DNA of 32,000 nt, taken from NCBI RefSeq assembly GCF_000621645.1, contig NZ_JHXR01000011.1, positions 90,001 through 122,000 of the forward strand, read 5' to 3'. The notes below the pieces were generated by a model. That model searched no databases, was not told the origin of the DNA, and saw nothing but the letters and a program-made list of their open reading frames with translations. This stretch comes from Vibrio cholerae ATCC 14035 (lineage in GTDB: Bacteria > Pseudomonadota > Gammaproteobacteria > Enterobacterales > Vibrionaceae). Every line of letters starts with the position of its first letter. Within the stretch, counting starts at the first letter, position 1. This document shows, in pieces, positions 19,734 through 28,860 of the stretch. The position numbers and the translations under genes are program-made.

Positions 19734-20870
19734 TTAGAAACAATATTTCTGCATGGCTCGTGATAGCACGCGTACCGTTGGGTCAATAAATTCAAACGCC
19801 AAAAACTCATCCGGCTGATGAGCTTGATCGATCGAACCAGGGCCAAGCACTAAGGTCGGGCAAACTTGCTGCAAGAAAGGGGCTTCGGTGCAGTAATTCA
19901 CGGTTTGCGCTTCTTGCTCGCAGATTTCGCTAATACCGTGAATAAACGGATGGTCATGCGCGCACTCATAACCGGGGATCGGGTCATGCAGCGGGACGAG
20001 TTCAATGCGCCCCGGCCACTTTTGCTGTACCTCACGTAGAGCGTCATGCATCAGGTTATCTAAACCATCTAAGCTAATGCCTGGAAGAGGGCGAACGTCA
20101 TAATGCAGTTCGCAGCAACCACAAATTCGGTTTGGGCTATCGCCACCATGAATGTGACCAAGGTTCAGCGTTGGAGTCGGAATTTCAAATCCCGGATGGT
20201 GATATTCTTTAATTAAGCGATCGCGCAGCTGCATAAGAGCAAACAGCACTTCGTGCATGATCTCAATCGCATTAACCCCCAGCGCTGGATTGGATGAATG
20301 GCCAGATTTACCGGTCACGCGAATGGCATTCGCCACATGGCCTTTGTGCGCGCGGATCGGCACCAAGCTGGTGGGTTCACCGATGATGCAGTAATCCGGT
20401 TTAAATGGGGCGTTTTCGGTAAAGTGGCGTGCACCGAGCATGGTAGTTTCTTCATCGCAGGTCGCCAGCACATACAGCGGCTTGGTTTGTTTGCTCCAAT
20501 CGACGTTTTTCACCGCTTCATAAATAAAGGCGAAGAAACCTTTCATATCCGCGGTCCCTAATCCATAGAAGCGATTATTGACTTGCGTGAGCGCATGCGG
20601 GTTGTAATTCCAGCGACCCTCATCAAACGGCACAGTATCACTGTGTCCTGCTAATAATAAGCCGCCTTCACCGCTACCGAGTTTGGCAATCAAGTTCTGC
20701 TTATTCGGGGCGACTTGCTCAATTTGAATCGAAAAACCGAGCGCGCTGAGCCAATCGGCTAATTTTGCGATCACCTGCTCATTACCTTCATCCCAGCGCG
20801 CATCGGTCGAACTGATTGAAGAGGTTGAAATCAGGCCTTCATAGACCTCAAGGAAACTGGGTAACGGCAT
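19734..20870 (-). CDS. argE: acetylornithine deacetylase
   Basis: This 378-aa ORF is collinear with recalled E. coli ArgE (LLLAGH(S/T)[34 protein letters not shown](D/N)QAHQPDE). Confidence 0.96.
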   Translation of the reverse strand: MPLPSFLEVYEGLISTSSISSTDARWDEGNEQVIAKLADWLSALGFSIQIEQVAPNKQNLIAKLGSGEGGLLLAGHSDTVPFDEGRWNYNPHALTQVNNRFYGLGTADMKGFFAFIYEAVKNVDWSKQTKPLYVLATCDEETTMLGARHFTENAPFKPDYCIIGEPTSLVPIRAHKGHVANAIRVTGKSGHSSNPALGVNAIEIMHEVLFALMQLRDRLIKEYHHPGFEIPTPTLNLGHIHGGDSPNRICGCCELHYDVRPLPGISLDGLDNLMHDALREVQQKWPGRIELVPLHDPIPGYECAHDHPFIHGISEICEQEAQTVNYCTEAPFLQQVCPTLVLGPGSIDQAHQPDEFLAFEFIDPTVRVLSRAMQKYCF

Positions 20871-20915
20871 TTTATCTTTGCTCCTGCTATTGACAGAGTG
20901 TCGGTGAAACGGTAA

Positions 20916-20954
20916 AACACATATTAAATCACTTTAAGTGAATAAAAAAACAAT
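20916..20954. promoter_or_regulatory. candidate tandem ARG boxes (ArgR operator) in the argE<>argC control region
   Basis: Box A, AGTGAATAAAAAAACAAT (20937-20954), matches TNTGAATWWWWATTCANW at about 13 of the 16 defined positions. Box 0, AACACATATTAAATCACT (20916-20933), matches mainly in its right half (AATCA). The two boxes are separated by exactly 3 bp, as in E. coli operators. Confidence 0.5.
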
Positions 20955-21025
20955 TAATCGCAATTTTGAAAGATGAATAGTCAGCGTTGTTCGCTCTCTT
21001 TCACCACTTAATACGGATGTTTTTG

Positions 21026-22027
21026 ATGTTAAAAACCACCATCATCGGCGCAAGCGGTTACACCGGAGCAGAACTGGCTCTTATGGTGCACAAACACCCA
21101 CAACTCACGCTATCAGGTTTATACGTTTCCGCCAACAGTGTGGATGCGGGCAAATCGCTGGCGCAGTTGCATGGTCGAGTGGCAGGGCTGATTGATATGC
21201 CAGTGCAAGCCTTGACTGATGTGGATACTGTTGCGGCCGAGTGTGATGTGGTCTTTCTGGCCACCGCGCATGAAGTGAGTCATGACCTCGCGCCGCAATT
21301 TCTCGCTCAAGGTTGTCAGGTCTTTGATCTGTCTGGTGCATTTCGGGTGCAGAGCGAAGCGTTTTATCCAACCTTTTATGGCTTTGCGCATCAGCATTCT
21401 GAATGGTTGGAAAAAGCGGTGTATGGCCTGGCTGAGTGGAATGCGGAAGCAATCAAAACCAGCCCTATGATTGCTGTTGCGGGTTGCTACCCAACGGCAT
21501 CGCAACTGGCGATTAAGCCTCTGTTGGTGGATGGGTTAATCGACACTACCCAATGGCCAGTGATTAACGCGGTGAGTGGTGTCTCTGGTGCGGGGCGTAA
21601 AGCCACCATGACCAACAGCTTCTGTGAAGTGAGCTTGCAGCCCTACGGTGTGTTTAACCACCGTCATCAACCAGAAATTGCGACTCATCTAGGCTGTGAG
21701 GTGATCTTCACCCCGCATCTTGGCAACTTTAAGCGCGGGATTCTGGCCACCATCACAATGAAATTAGCGGATGGTGTCACCGAGCAGCAAGTCGCAGAAG
21801 CTTTTAGCAAGGCGTATCAAGATAAGCCATTGGTGCGTTTCAGCAATGGTTTACCACGGATTCAAGATGTCGAGTTTACCCCATTTTGTGACCTCGGCTG
21901 GAAGGTACAAGGACGTCACATCATAGTGGTGTCTGCTATCGACAATTTATTGAAAGGCGCATCGAGTCAAGCGATGCAGTGTTTAAATATTCACTACGGT
22001 TTCGATGAATTAACCGCGTTGGTGTAA
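21026..22027 (+). CDS. argC: N-acetyl-gamma-glutamyl-phosphate reductase
   Basis: This is collinear with recalled E. coli ArgC from ML(K/N)T.I.GASGY(T/A)GAEL, with the catalytic GCYPTA motif. I start it at the ATG at 21026 (333 aa), and the TTG extension from 20987 is unsupported. Confidence 0.96.
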
Positions 22028-22036
22028 GGGTTCAAC

Positions 22037-22825
22037 ATGTCAGATCTTAAGCTCAGTCCTTTAGTGATTAAGTTAGGCGGTGCGGCGCTCGATTGCGCAG
22101 AGACACTTAGCAAATTGTTTGGTGCGATTGCCCAATACCAGAACCAAGCCCAACGACGCATCGTGATCGTGCATGGCGGTGGTTATCTGGTCGACGACTT
22201 GATGGCGAAGCTGCAACTCAAATCGGTCAAGAAAGACGGTTTGCGCGTCACTCCGTATGATCAAATTCCGATCATTGCCGGCGCTCTCGCAGGTACAGCC
22301 AACAAGATGCTGCAAGGCCAAGCGATCAAAGATGGCATCAATGCCGTAGGTTTGTCACTGGCGGATGGTGGTTTGTGCCACGTCGAGGAATTAGATCCTG
22401 AACTGGGCGCAGTCGGTAAAGCCACGCCGGGAGATTCCACTTTGCTGCAAGCGATTTTGGCTACCGGTGCGATGCCCATCATTAGCTCGATTGGCCTAAC
22501 TGCGCAAGGGCAGATGATGAACGTCAACGCTGATCAAGCGGCGGTGGCTGTGGCGGGTGCTCTGGATGCGGAATTGGTCCTGCTCTCGGATGTCAGCGGT
22601 GTACTGGATGGCAAAGGCCACCTCATCGCCACCTTAGATGCTAAACAAGCGGATGCACTGATTGCCGGCAAAGTGATTACCGACGGCATGATCGTCAAAG
22701 TGAAAGCGGCATTGGAAGCGGCGCAAGATTTAGGACGTCCGATTGAAGTGGCTACCTGGCGTTACCCAGAGAAGCTCGCCAAGTTATTTGGCGGCGAAAG
22801 CATCGGCACCCGTTTTCTACCTTAA
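22037..22825 (+). CDS. argB: acetylglutamate kinase
   Basis: This 262-aa ORF has [21 protein letters not shown] and MNVNADQAA. It starts 9 nt after argC. Confidence 0.97.
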
Positions 22826-22900
22826 GATTTTAAGTCACTAATTTGATTAAACCTGAGCACTGACCGCCAAGCGCAGAGCCAGGAATATGGAGATACATCA

Positions 22901-24115
22901 ATGAGTAAAGTACAAGTTAAAAAAGTAGTTGTGGCATATTCTGGCGGTCTGGACACGTCGGTGATCATTCCATGGTTAAAAGAAAATTATGACTGTGAAG
23001 TGGTGGCGTTTGTGGCTGACGTTGGTCAAGGTGATGAAGAGCTGAAAGGCGTAGAAGCCAAAGCACTCTCATCGGGTGCCTCTGAATGTTACATCGTTGA
23101 CCTGAAAGAAGAATTCGTAAAAGAGTACATCTACCCAACGCTGAAAACTGGCGCTTACTATGAAGGTAAATACTTACTCGGTACTTCCATGGCGCGTCCG
23201 GTGATTGCTAAAGCACAAGTTGAAATCGCGCGTAAAGTGGGTGCGGATGCACTGGCGCACGGTTGTACTGGCAAAGGTAACGACCAAGTGCGTTTTGAAG
23301 GTGCTTTTGCGGCACTGGCTCCAGATCTGCATGTGATTGCGCCTTGGCGTGAGTGGGATCTGCGTAGCCGTGAAGCGTGTTTGGATTACCTTGCCGAGCG
23401 CAACATTCCCTGTGCCGCGTCATTAACCAAGATCTACTCGCGTGATGCCAACGCATGGCACGTTTCTACCGAAGGTGGCGTTCTGGAAAGCACATGGAAT
23501 GCGCCAAACGAAGATTGCTGGGTGTGGACCGTCGATCCTGAGCAAGCGCCTAACGAAGCGGAATATGTCACGCTGCAAGTGGCTCATGGCGAAGTGGTCG
23601 CTGTTGATGGTGAAGCCATGACCCCTTACAACGCTTTGCTGTACCTCAACCAAAAAGGTGCAAAGCATGGTGTAGGTCGTATCGACATCGTGGAAAACCG
23701 TTTGGTGGGTATGAAATCTCGCGGCTGCTACGAAACCCCGGGAGGCACCATCATCATGGAAGCGCTGCGCGCGGTTGAGCAACTGGTGCTGGATAAAACC
23801 TCATTCGAATTCCGTGAAGAGCTGGGTATTAAAGCGTCACACCTTGTTTATGATGGTCGTTGGTTCACGCCACTACGTCAGGCGGTATTTGCGGCAGCCG
23901 ATGAGCTAGCGAAAGATGTCAACGGTGAAGTGGTGATTAAACTGTATAAAGGCCAAGCCGTTGCAACGCAAAAACGTTCGGCTAACAGCCTCTACTCAGA
24001 AGATTTCGCGACCTTTGGTGCCGATGAAGTGTATGACCACAGCCACGCAGGCGGCTTCATCCGTCTCTATTCGCTGTCAAGCCGCATCCGCGCTCTGAGC
24101 CAAAACAAGCAGTAA
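22901..24115 (+). CDS. argG: argininosuccinate synthase
   Basis: This 404-aa ORF has AYSGGLDTS (ATP PPi-loop), [14 protein letters not shown] and [13 protein letters not shown]. Confidence 0.98.
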   Translation: MSKVQVKKVVVAYSGGLDTSVIIPWLKENYDCEVVAFVADVGQGDEELKGVEAKALSSGASECYIVDLKEEFVKEYIYPTLKTGAYYEGKYLLGTSMARPVIAKAQVEIARKVGADALAHGCTGKGNDQVRFEGAFAALAPDLHVIAPWREWDLRSREACLDYLAERNIPCAASLTKIYSRDANAWHVSTEGGVLESTWNAPNEDCWVWTVDPEQAPNEAEYVTLQVAHGEVVAVDGEAMTPYNALLYLNQKGAKHGVGRIDIVENRLVGMKSRGCYETPGGTIIMEALRAVEQLVLDKTSFEFREELGIKASHLVYDGRWFTPLRQAVFAAADELAKDVNGEVVIKLYKGQAVATQKRSANSLYSEDFATFGADEVYDHSHAGGFIRLYSLSSRIRALSQNKQ

Positions 24116-24139
24116 TCAGCGCAGTCATCGGTTTATATA

Positions 24140-24164
24140 ATAAGGATCGCACTGCGATCCTTAT
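24140..24164 (+). other. perfect 11-bp stem / 3-nt loop hairpin just after argG (no U-tract)
   Basis: ataaggatcgc (24140-24150) pairs perfectly with gcgatccttat (24154-24164) across the loop act. It is followed by cccctt rather than a T-run, so this is a stabiliser, attenuator or processing-type structure rather than a canonical terminator. Confidence 0.55.
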
Positions 24165-24286
24165 CCCCTTCCTAATTGAAGTTGCAGCGGTGTTGGCTAC
24201 GTTCATTCACCCCAATCACATAGTTTATCTATGCTCATGGGGATTCACTCACTTGCCGCCTACCTGCCACTCCATGAGTTTGGGGG
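24165..24286. repeat. ERIC/IRU-type intergenic repeat element (about 122 bp imperfect palindrome)
   Basis: It contains CATGGGGATTCAC, matching 12 of the last 13 nt of the ERIC1R primer (CCTGGGGATTCAC), and TTCACCCCAATCAC (ERIC: CTCACCCCAGTCAC). It also contains TTGAAGTTGCAGCGGTGTTGGCT (ERIC: TTCAAGTTGCATGTGCGTTGGCT) and GGGGATTCACTCACTTGCCGCCTACCTGCCACTC (ERIC: GGGGATTCACTCGCTTGCCGCCTTCCTGCAACTC). The termini are CCCC and GGGG. The consensus is recalled from memory. Confidence 0.8.
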
Positions 24287-24347
24287 ACATTTTCAGTTAT
24301 CACATCCTCGACGGCGGTTGCGGTGAGAGGAAAACAGGAGATTAAGC

Positions 24348-25724
24348 ATGGCATTATGGGGCGGAAGATTTACCCAAGCGGCAGACAGTCGGTTCAAATC
24401 ATTCAACGATTCCTTACGTTTTGATTATCGATTGGCTGAGCAAGATATTGTTGGATCAATCGCTTGGTCAAAAGCCTTGGTCTCCGTCAATGTCTTGAGC
24501 GTGCAGGAGCAACAACAGTTAGAGCAGGCGTTAAATCACCTATTGCAATCGGTTCAGCAAGATCCGGAGCAAATCTTAGCCTCTGATGCAGAAGATATTC
24601 ACTCTTGGGTCGAGCAGAAGCTGATTGAGCAAGTCGGTGATCTTGGTAAAAAACTGCACACAGGGCGTTCACGTAATGATCAGGTCGCAACCGATCTTAA
24701 GCTCTGGTGTCGCGATCAGGGCGTTCATCTGCTGCTTGCTCTGAAAACGCTGCAACAACAGTTGGTGGCGGTGGCTGCTGAACATCAATCGACAGTTTTG
24801 CCGGGCTACACCCATTTGCAACGCGCGCAACCAGTAACTTTTACTCATTGGTGTTTAGCTTATTTGGAGATGTTTGAGCGTGATGAGTCCCGTTTGACTG
24901 ATGCTCTAGCGCGTTTAAACACCTCACCACTGGGTTCAGGTGCATTAGCGGGAACCGCTTACGCGATTGATCGTGAGGTGTTAGCGGCGGATCTTGGTTT
25001 CACTCGCGCAACACGTAACTCGCTGGATGCGGTCTCCGATCGCGATCATGTGATGGAGCTGATGTCAGTCGCATCGATCTCTATGCTGCATTTGTCGCGT
25101 CTGGCGGAAGATATGATCTTCTACACCACTGGTGAAGCGGGCTTTATTGAATTGGCTGATACGGTGACCTCTGGTTCTTCACTGATGCCACAAAAGAAAA
25201 ACCCCGATGCACTTGAATTGATCCGCGGCAAAACCGGACGCGTCTATGGTGCATTGGCTGGGATGATGATGACAGTCAAAGCTCTGCCTCTCGCGTACAA
25301 CAAAGACATGCAAGAAGACAAAGAAGGGCTGTTTGATGCGCTCGACACTTGGTTTGATTGCTTGCAAATGGCGGGACTTTGCTTTGATGGCATTAAAGTC
25401 AATGCGGCGCGTACGTTAGAAGCGGCCAAGCAAGGCTACTCGAACGCGACTGAATTGGCGGATTATCTGGTTGCGAAAGGCATTCCATTTCGCGAGGCGC
25501 ACCATATTGTCGGGGTAGCGGTAGTCGCAGCTATTGGCAAGGGTGTAGCGTTGGAAGAGTTGTGTCTGGCGGAGCTGCAACAGTTTTCGCCTTTGATTGA
25601 GCAGGATGTCTATCCGATCCTGACTATTGAGTCTTGTTTAGAGAAACGCTGCGCACTCGGTGGGGTATCGCCCAAACAAGTGGCGCATGCTCTTCAGCAA
25701 GCTCAAGCGCGCGTGAAGTCTTAA
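24348..25724 (+). CDS. argH: argininosuccinate lyase
   Basis: This 458-aa ORF has [20 protein letters not shown] and [12 protein letters not shown] (fumarate-lyase signature). It is monofunctional in length, with no fused acetyltransferase domain. Confidence 0.98.
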   Translation: MALWGGRFTQAADSRFKSFNDSLRFDYRLAEQDIVGSIAWSKALVSVNVLSVQEQQQLEQALNHLLQSVQQDPEQILASDAEDIHSWVEQKLIEQVGDLGKKLHTGRSRNDQVATDLKLWCRDQGVHLLLALKTLQQQLVAVAAEHQSTVLPGYTHLQRAQPVTFTHWCLAYLEMFERDESRLTDALARLNTSPLGSGALAGTAYAIDREVLAADLGFTRATRNSLDAVSDRDHVMELMSVASISMLHLSRLAEDMIFYTTGEAGFIELADTVTSGSSLMPQKKNPDALELIRGKTGRVYGALAGMMMTVKALPLAYNKDMQEDKEGLFDALDTWFDCLQMAGLCFDGIKVNAARTLEAAKQGYSNATELADYLVAKGIPFREAHHIVGVAVVAAIGKGVALEELCLAELQQFSPLIEQDVYPILTIESCLEKRCALGGVSPKQVAHALQQAQARVKS

Positions 25725-25887
25725 CATTTCAGCGAGCTGGTCGATCCTATGAGATAAATGGAAAAAAACAGTGGTGCAACTATTTGAGTAATAAGAGGAA
25801 TCATCTCGGAGAAAAAAGATCGTAAAAAAGATCATTTTTTTATGAACCTTTTGCTTAGAGCTCTGTCTATTACTGTACCACTGCTTT

Positions 25888-25941
25888 TTCTTAGAAGACT
25901 CTAAGAAGGCCCTAAATCTGTACTAGGTTTAGGGCTTTTTT
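25888..25941 (+). terminator. tandem hairpins; the second is a strong intrinsic terminator about 185-215 nt downstream of argH
   Basis: Hairpin 1 is ttcttaga (25888-25895) paired with tctaagaa (25900-25907). Hairpin 2 is gccctaaa (25909-25916) paired with tttagggc (25928-25935), extendable by 3 more pairs, followed by T6 (25936-25941). Confidence 0.8.
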
Positions 25942-25974
25942 CTTTTCTGCGTAGCAGAAAGTTTAATTCGGGTT

Positions 25975-26238
25975 CTAATCCTCTTTTCCTTGTCGTTTAC
26001 GCCAAGGCAAGATCACATACTTTATCCATAAATGCAGAAACAGTAAGCCGTTAAAGGCAAACCCCGCAAGGATCAAGCTGATCGACTCGATGCTGGCGGG
26101 ATCCTCTTTAAAGCCCCAAAACCAAATGATCCACACGACAACGGACAACACCGTGAGTTGATCCATACAGCGTTGACAGCGACCAATTTTTTTCCAAAAC
26201 CAATGTTCGCTACACTCTCCACAAGCCATACGCTTCAC
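25975..26238 (-). CDS. small membrane protein with N-terminal CxxC-X11-CxxC motif and two TM helices (possibly DUF3624 family, from memory)
   Basis: This 87-aa ORF starts MKRMACGECSEHWFWKKIGRCQRCMD. Two hydrophobic spans follow (LTVLSVVVWIIWFWGF and ISLILAGFAFNGLLFLHLWIKYVIL), then a basic tail, WRKRQGKED. Confidence 0.62.
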   Translation of the reverse strand: MKRMACGECSEHWFWKKIGRCQRCMDQLTVLSVVVWIIWFWGFKEDPASIESISLILAGFAFNGLLFLHLWIKYVILPWRKRQGKED

Positions 26239-26393
26239 CTTAAGCCAAAAGATGTGATTATCAGTCGGTGAACAACACCGAGTTGCTAAAACATCAAGGA
26301 GTATAACTCAGCGCAAGTATGATGCCGAAGCTTGAGTGCAGAGTTAAGGGCAGTGAGAATTGAATGAGCTCAACAGCAAATTCAATCTAATCC

Positions 26394-26420
26394 AAAAAAG
26401 CCTGAGGTTGATCTCAGGCT
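26394..26420 (-). terminator. intrinsic terminator of the Lpd-like gene
   Basis: agcctgag (26399-26406) pairs with ctcaggct (26413-26420) across a 6-nt loop. On the minus strand a U-tract follows (complement of A 26394-26398). It lies about 44 nt past the stop at 26464. Confidence 0.8.
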
Positions 26421-26463
26421 TTGGCATTTTTACAGAAAGAATCGGTTCTGAGTGCGCGGGAAA

Positions 26464-27918
26464 TTAACAGCCCGGACCACAATCCAAACAGTGTTTGATC
26501 ATCTCAGGGCCTAAGTGCAGCTTCGCGTTTAAATCACGCAGAGCAGTGCGTACCCCTTCCTCAATTACCGGATGGTAGAAAGGCATATCGAGCATCTGCG
26601 AAATGGTCATCTGGTTTTGATGCGCCCAAGCCAGCAAGTGTGCTAAATGCTCAGCATTCGGTCCCATCATCTCCGCACCAAGGAAACGGCCAGTGCCTTG
26701 CTCGCCATACACATGCAGCAAGCCTTTGTTGCGCAGCATCACACGTGAACGGCCTTGGTTTTCAAACGACACTTCACCCACGGCAAAGCAGCCACAGTTA
26801 CCCAGACGCTGAGTCAGCTGCTTATAGGTTTCCCCGACCATAGCGATTTGTGGATCAGAAAACACCGCAGAAATTGGCGAGCGGCGTAAACCCGCGCGAA
26901 TGTCAGGGAAGCGGCCTGCGTTATCGCCGGCAATGCGTCCTTGATCTGCGGCTTCATGCAGCAGCGGGATTTGGTTGCTGGCATCGCCTGCAATAAAGAT
27001 TGAAGGTACCGAGGTTTGCAATGTGTAGTGATCTGCTTTGGGTACACCACGCTCATCCAGTGCCACATCGGTATTGTCCAGTGCGAGCTTATCAACGTTG
27101 GGACGACGACCTGTTGCGGCAAGTACATAATCTACGATGAAGGTTTCTAGCTCTCCTTGTTGGTTGATAAATTGGATTTCCACTTTATCGCCAGCAATAC
27201 GTTTCATGCTTTCGACTTTGACGTCTGCATCAAGATAAAACTCTTGTTGGAAAGCACGATTCGCGTAAGCCATGACGTCAGGATCAGTGAGTGGTCCTAC
27301 TTGACCGCCTAAGCCAAACACTTTCACTTTTACCCCTAAACGATGCAGGGATTGGCCAAGCTCTAAACCGATCACACCCGGACCAAACACCGCGACGGCT
27401 TGTGGCAGGTCATCCCACTCAAATACGTCATCATTGACCACAAGGCGATCGCCGAGCTCATTCCATACTGCTGGATAAGCAGGGCGAGAACCCGTCGCAA
27501 TCACGATACGTTTGGCATGAATACGCGTGTGATCATCCACTTGCAGCGTATGGTTATCAATAAACTTGGCGTAGCCTGTAATCTTGTCTTGTTCAGGAAT
27601 GGAATCCACCCCTTCCAGCACAAAACCGACAAAGCGATCTCGTTCGCGTTTGACGCGATCCATTACTTCACGTCCATTAATCACAATTTCACCTTGCGGG
27701 TAAACCCCAAAGCCGGGCGCTTTTTCAATCTGGTGTACACTTTCTGCCGCGGCGATCAGCAGTTTGGAAGGCATACAACCCACTCGCGCACAGGTGGTGC
27801 CGTAAGGGCCGCCTTCAATCATCACCACATTCGGAGTGTAAGCTTTCGCTGCACGATAAGCGCCAAGGCCAGCAGTACCACCGCCAATTACGGCGACATC
27901 AACGTGAATCTGTTTCAT
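26464..27918 (-). CDS. class I pyridine nucleotide-disulfide oxidoreductase, dihydrolipoyl dehydrogenase-like, with extra C-terminal Cys-rich tail
   Basis: This 484-aa ORF has FAD-binding VIGGGTAGLGAY, the redox disulfide GTTCARVGCMPSK (C43/C48), a second Rossmann motif VFGPGVIGLELG, and the dimerisation-domain MPFYHPVIEEG (His-Glu). It resembles the Lpd-like family I recall as PRK06292 but ends with an additional ...EMIKHCLDCGPGC. Confidence 0.9.
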   Translation of the reverse strand: MKQIHVDVAVIGGGTAGLGAYRAAKAYTPNVVMIEGGPYGTTCARVGCMPSKLLIAAAESVHQIEKAPGFGVYPQGEIVINGREVMDRVKRERDRFVGFVLEGVDSIPEQDKITGYAKFIDNHTLQVDDHTRIHAKRIVIATGSRPAYPAVWNELGDRLVVNDDVFEWDDLPQAVAVFGPGVIGLELGQSLHRLGVKVKVFGLGGQVGPLTDPDVMAYANRAFQQEFYLDADVKVESMKRIAGDKVEIQFINQQGELETFIVDYVLAATGRRPNVDKLALDNTDVALDERGVPKADHYTLQTSVPSIFIAGDASNQIPLLHEAADQGRIAGDNAGRFPDIRAGLRRSPISAVFSDPQIAMVGETYKQLTQRLGNCGCFAVGEVSFENQGRSRVMLRNKGLLHVYGEQGTGRFLGAEMMGPNAEHLAHLLAWAHQNQMTISQMLDMPFYHPVIEEGVRTALRDLNAKLHLGPEMIKHCLDCGPGC

Positions 27919-27962
27919 TATGGATCCTCAATCGGTTTGTTCTCAGTCTGAAAGGGCAGTTT

Positions 27963-27984
27963 TAGGCTCCCGGATGGAAGCCTA
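27963..27984 (-). other. intercistronic stem-loop between the peroxiredoxin and the Lpd-like gene (no U-tract)
   Basis: On the minus strand, taggcttcc-atcc-gggagccta forms a 9-bp stem with one G-U pair. It starts 6 nt after the peroxiredoxin stop and is followed by aaactgccc, so it is not a canonical terminator. Confidence 0.45.
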
Positions 27985-27989
27985 GAAAC

Positions 27990-28721
27990 TTATTGATTTA
28001 GGTAGACTTCTAAGTCGTCGCTACCACCAATGTGTTTACCACCGATAAACACTTGCGGCACCGTGGTACGGCCAGAAACGGCGCGCAGACTCACTGTGGT
28101 AGCGTCTTTACCTAAAATCAGCTCTTCATACTGTAGACCGGCATCAATCAGCGCTTGTTTCGCCTTGGCGCAATAAGGACAGCCTGGCTTAGTGAAAATA
28201 GTCACTGATTCTTGCACCTTGTATTGAGGGGCAATGTATTTGAGCATGGTATCGGCGTCCGATACTTTGAACGGGTCGCCCGGCTCATTCGGTTCGATAA
28301 ACATTTTTTCTACCACACCGTCTTTAACCAGCATGCTGTAGCGCCATGAGCGTTTACCAAAGCCAAGGTCATTTTTATCCACCAGCATGCCCATACCATC
28401 GGTAAATTCACCATTACCATCAGGAATGAAGGTGATGTTGTCGGCATTTTGGTCATCTTTCCAAGCATTCATCACGAAAGTATCGTTGACCGATACGCAC
28501 AGAATGCTGTCGACACCATGCTCTTTAAAGACAGGAAACAGCTCGTTGTAGCGCGGTAGGTGAGTGGATGAACAGGTTGGAGTAAAGGCACCCGGCAAGC
28601 TAAACACGATAACGGTTTTGCCTTTGAACAGTTCATCGCTAGTCACATTGACCCAAGCGTCACCTTGGCGAGTAGGAAAAGTAACCTGTGGAATGGTTTG
28701 ACCTTCTTTAGATGTAAACAT
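27990..28721 (-). CDS. prxA: hybrid peroxiredoxin-glutaredoxin (Prx5-type Prx fused to Grx; PGdx/PrxA-like)
   Basis: This is collinear with recalled H. influenzae PGdx. The Prx half has [13 protein letters not shown], and the Grx half has [12 protein letters not shown] and [18 protein letters not shown] start it at the ATG at 28721 ([12 protein letters not shown] 5 nt upstream), and the ATG at 28733 is the less likely alternative. Confidence 0.93.
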   Translation of the reverse strand: MFTSKEGQTIPQVTFPTRQGDAWVNVTSDELFKGKTVIVFSLPGAFTPTCSSTHLPRYNELFPVFKEHGVDSILCVSVNDTFVMNAWKDDQNADNITFIPDGNGEFTDGMGMLVDKNDLGFGKRSWRYSMLVKDGVVEKMFIEPNEPGDPFKVSDADTMLKYIAPQYKVQESVTIFTKPGCPYCAKAKQALIDAGLQYEELILGKDATTVSLRAVSGRTTVPQVFIGGKHIGGSDDLEVYLNQ

Positions 28722-28812
28722 TGTGTTCCTCATTTGTGAAATTTAATTTTAAATCAATAGGATGTGTTTCGTTGTTGATGGCTATTGTTAAAGAAAAGCT
28801 TTGATAGCTCTA

Positions 28813-28849
28813 ATCGTTTAATGCTATGGTTTTAATAGATGCATTCTAT
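28813..28849. promoter_or_regulatory. OxyR operator (four ATAG-type elements at 11-bp spacing) in the prxA<>oxyR divergent region
   Basis: The site is ATCGtttaatgCTAT-ggtttta-ATAGatgcattCTAT. The consensus is ATAGnTnnnAnCTAT-N7-ATAGnTnnnAnCTAT, and 15 of the 16 core tetramer positions match with exact N7/N7/N7 spacing. It ends 11 nt before the oxyR ATG. Confidence 0.65.
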
Positions 28850-28860
28850 CTGGGGAAGCT

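Noticed and set aside
20958-20988. Additional ARG boxes downstream of the called pair.
   Set aside because: TCGCAATTTTGAAAGATG and GATGAATAGTCAGCGTTG match the 18-bp consensus in only about half of the defined positions, which is too weak to call without a scoring matrix.
25812-25833. Direct repeat aaaaaagatc x2, considered as a possible CRISPR or tandem-repeat array.
   Set aside because: There are only two 10-bp copies at a 12-bp period in an A/T-rich tract, with no spacer architecture. It is noted only within the argH 3'-region finding.
25634-25835. Two overlapping 63-aa and 65-aa ORFs at the argH 3' end.
   Set aside because: Both overlap the argH coding end out of frame or antisense. They lack an SD and give low-complexity translations, so the region is better treated as an untranslated 3' region.
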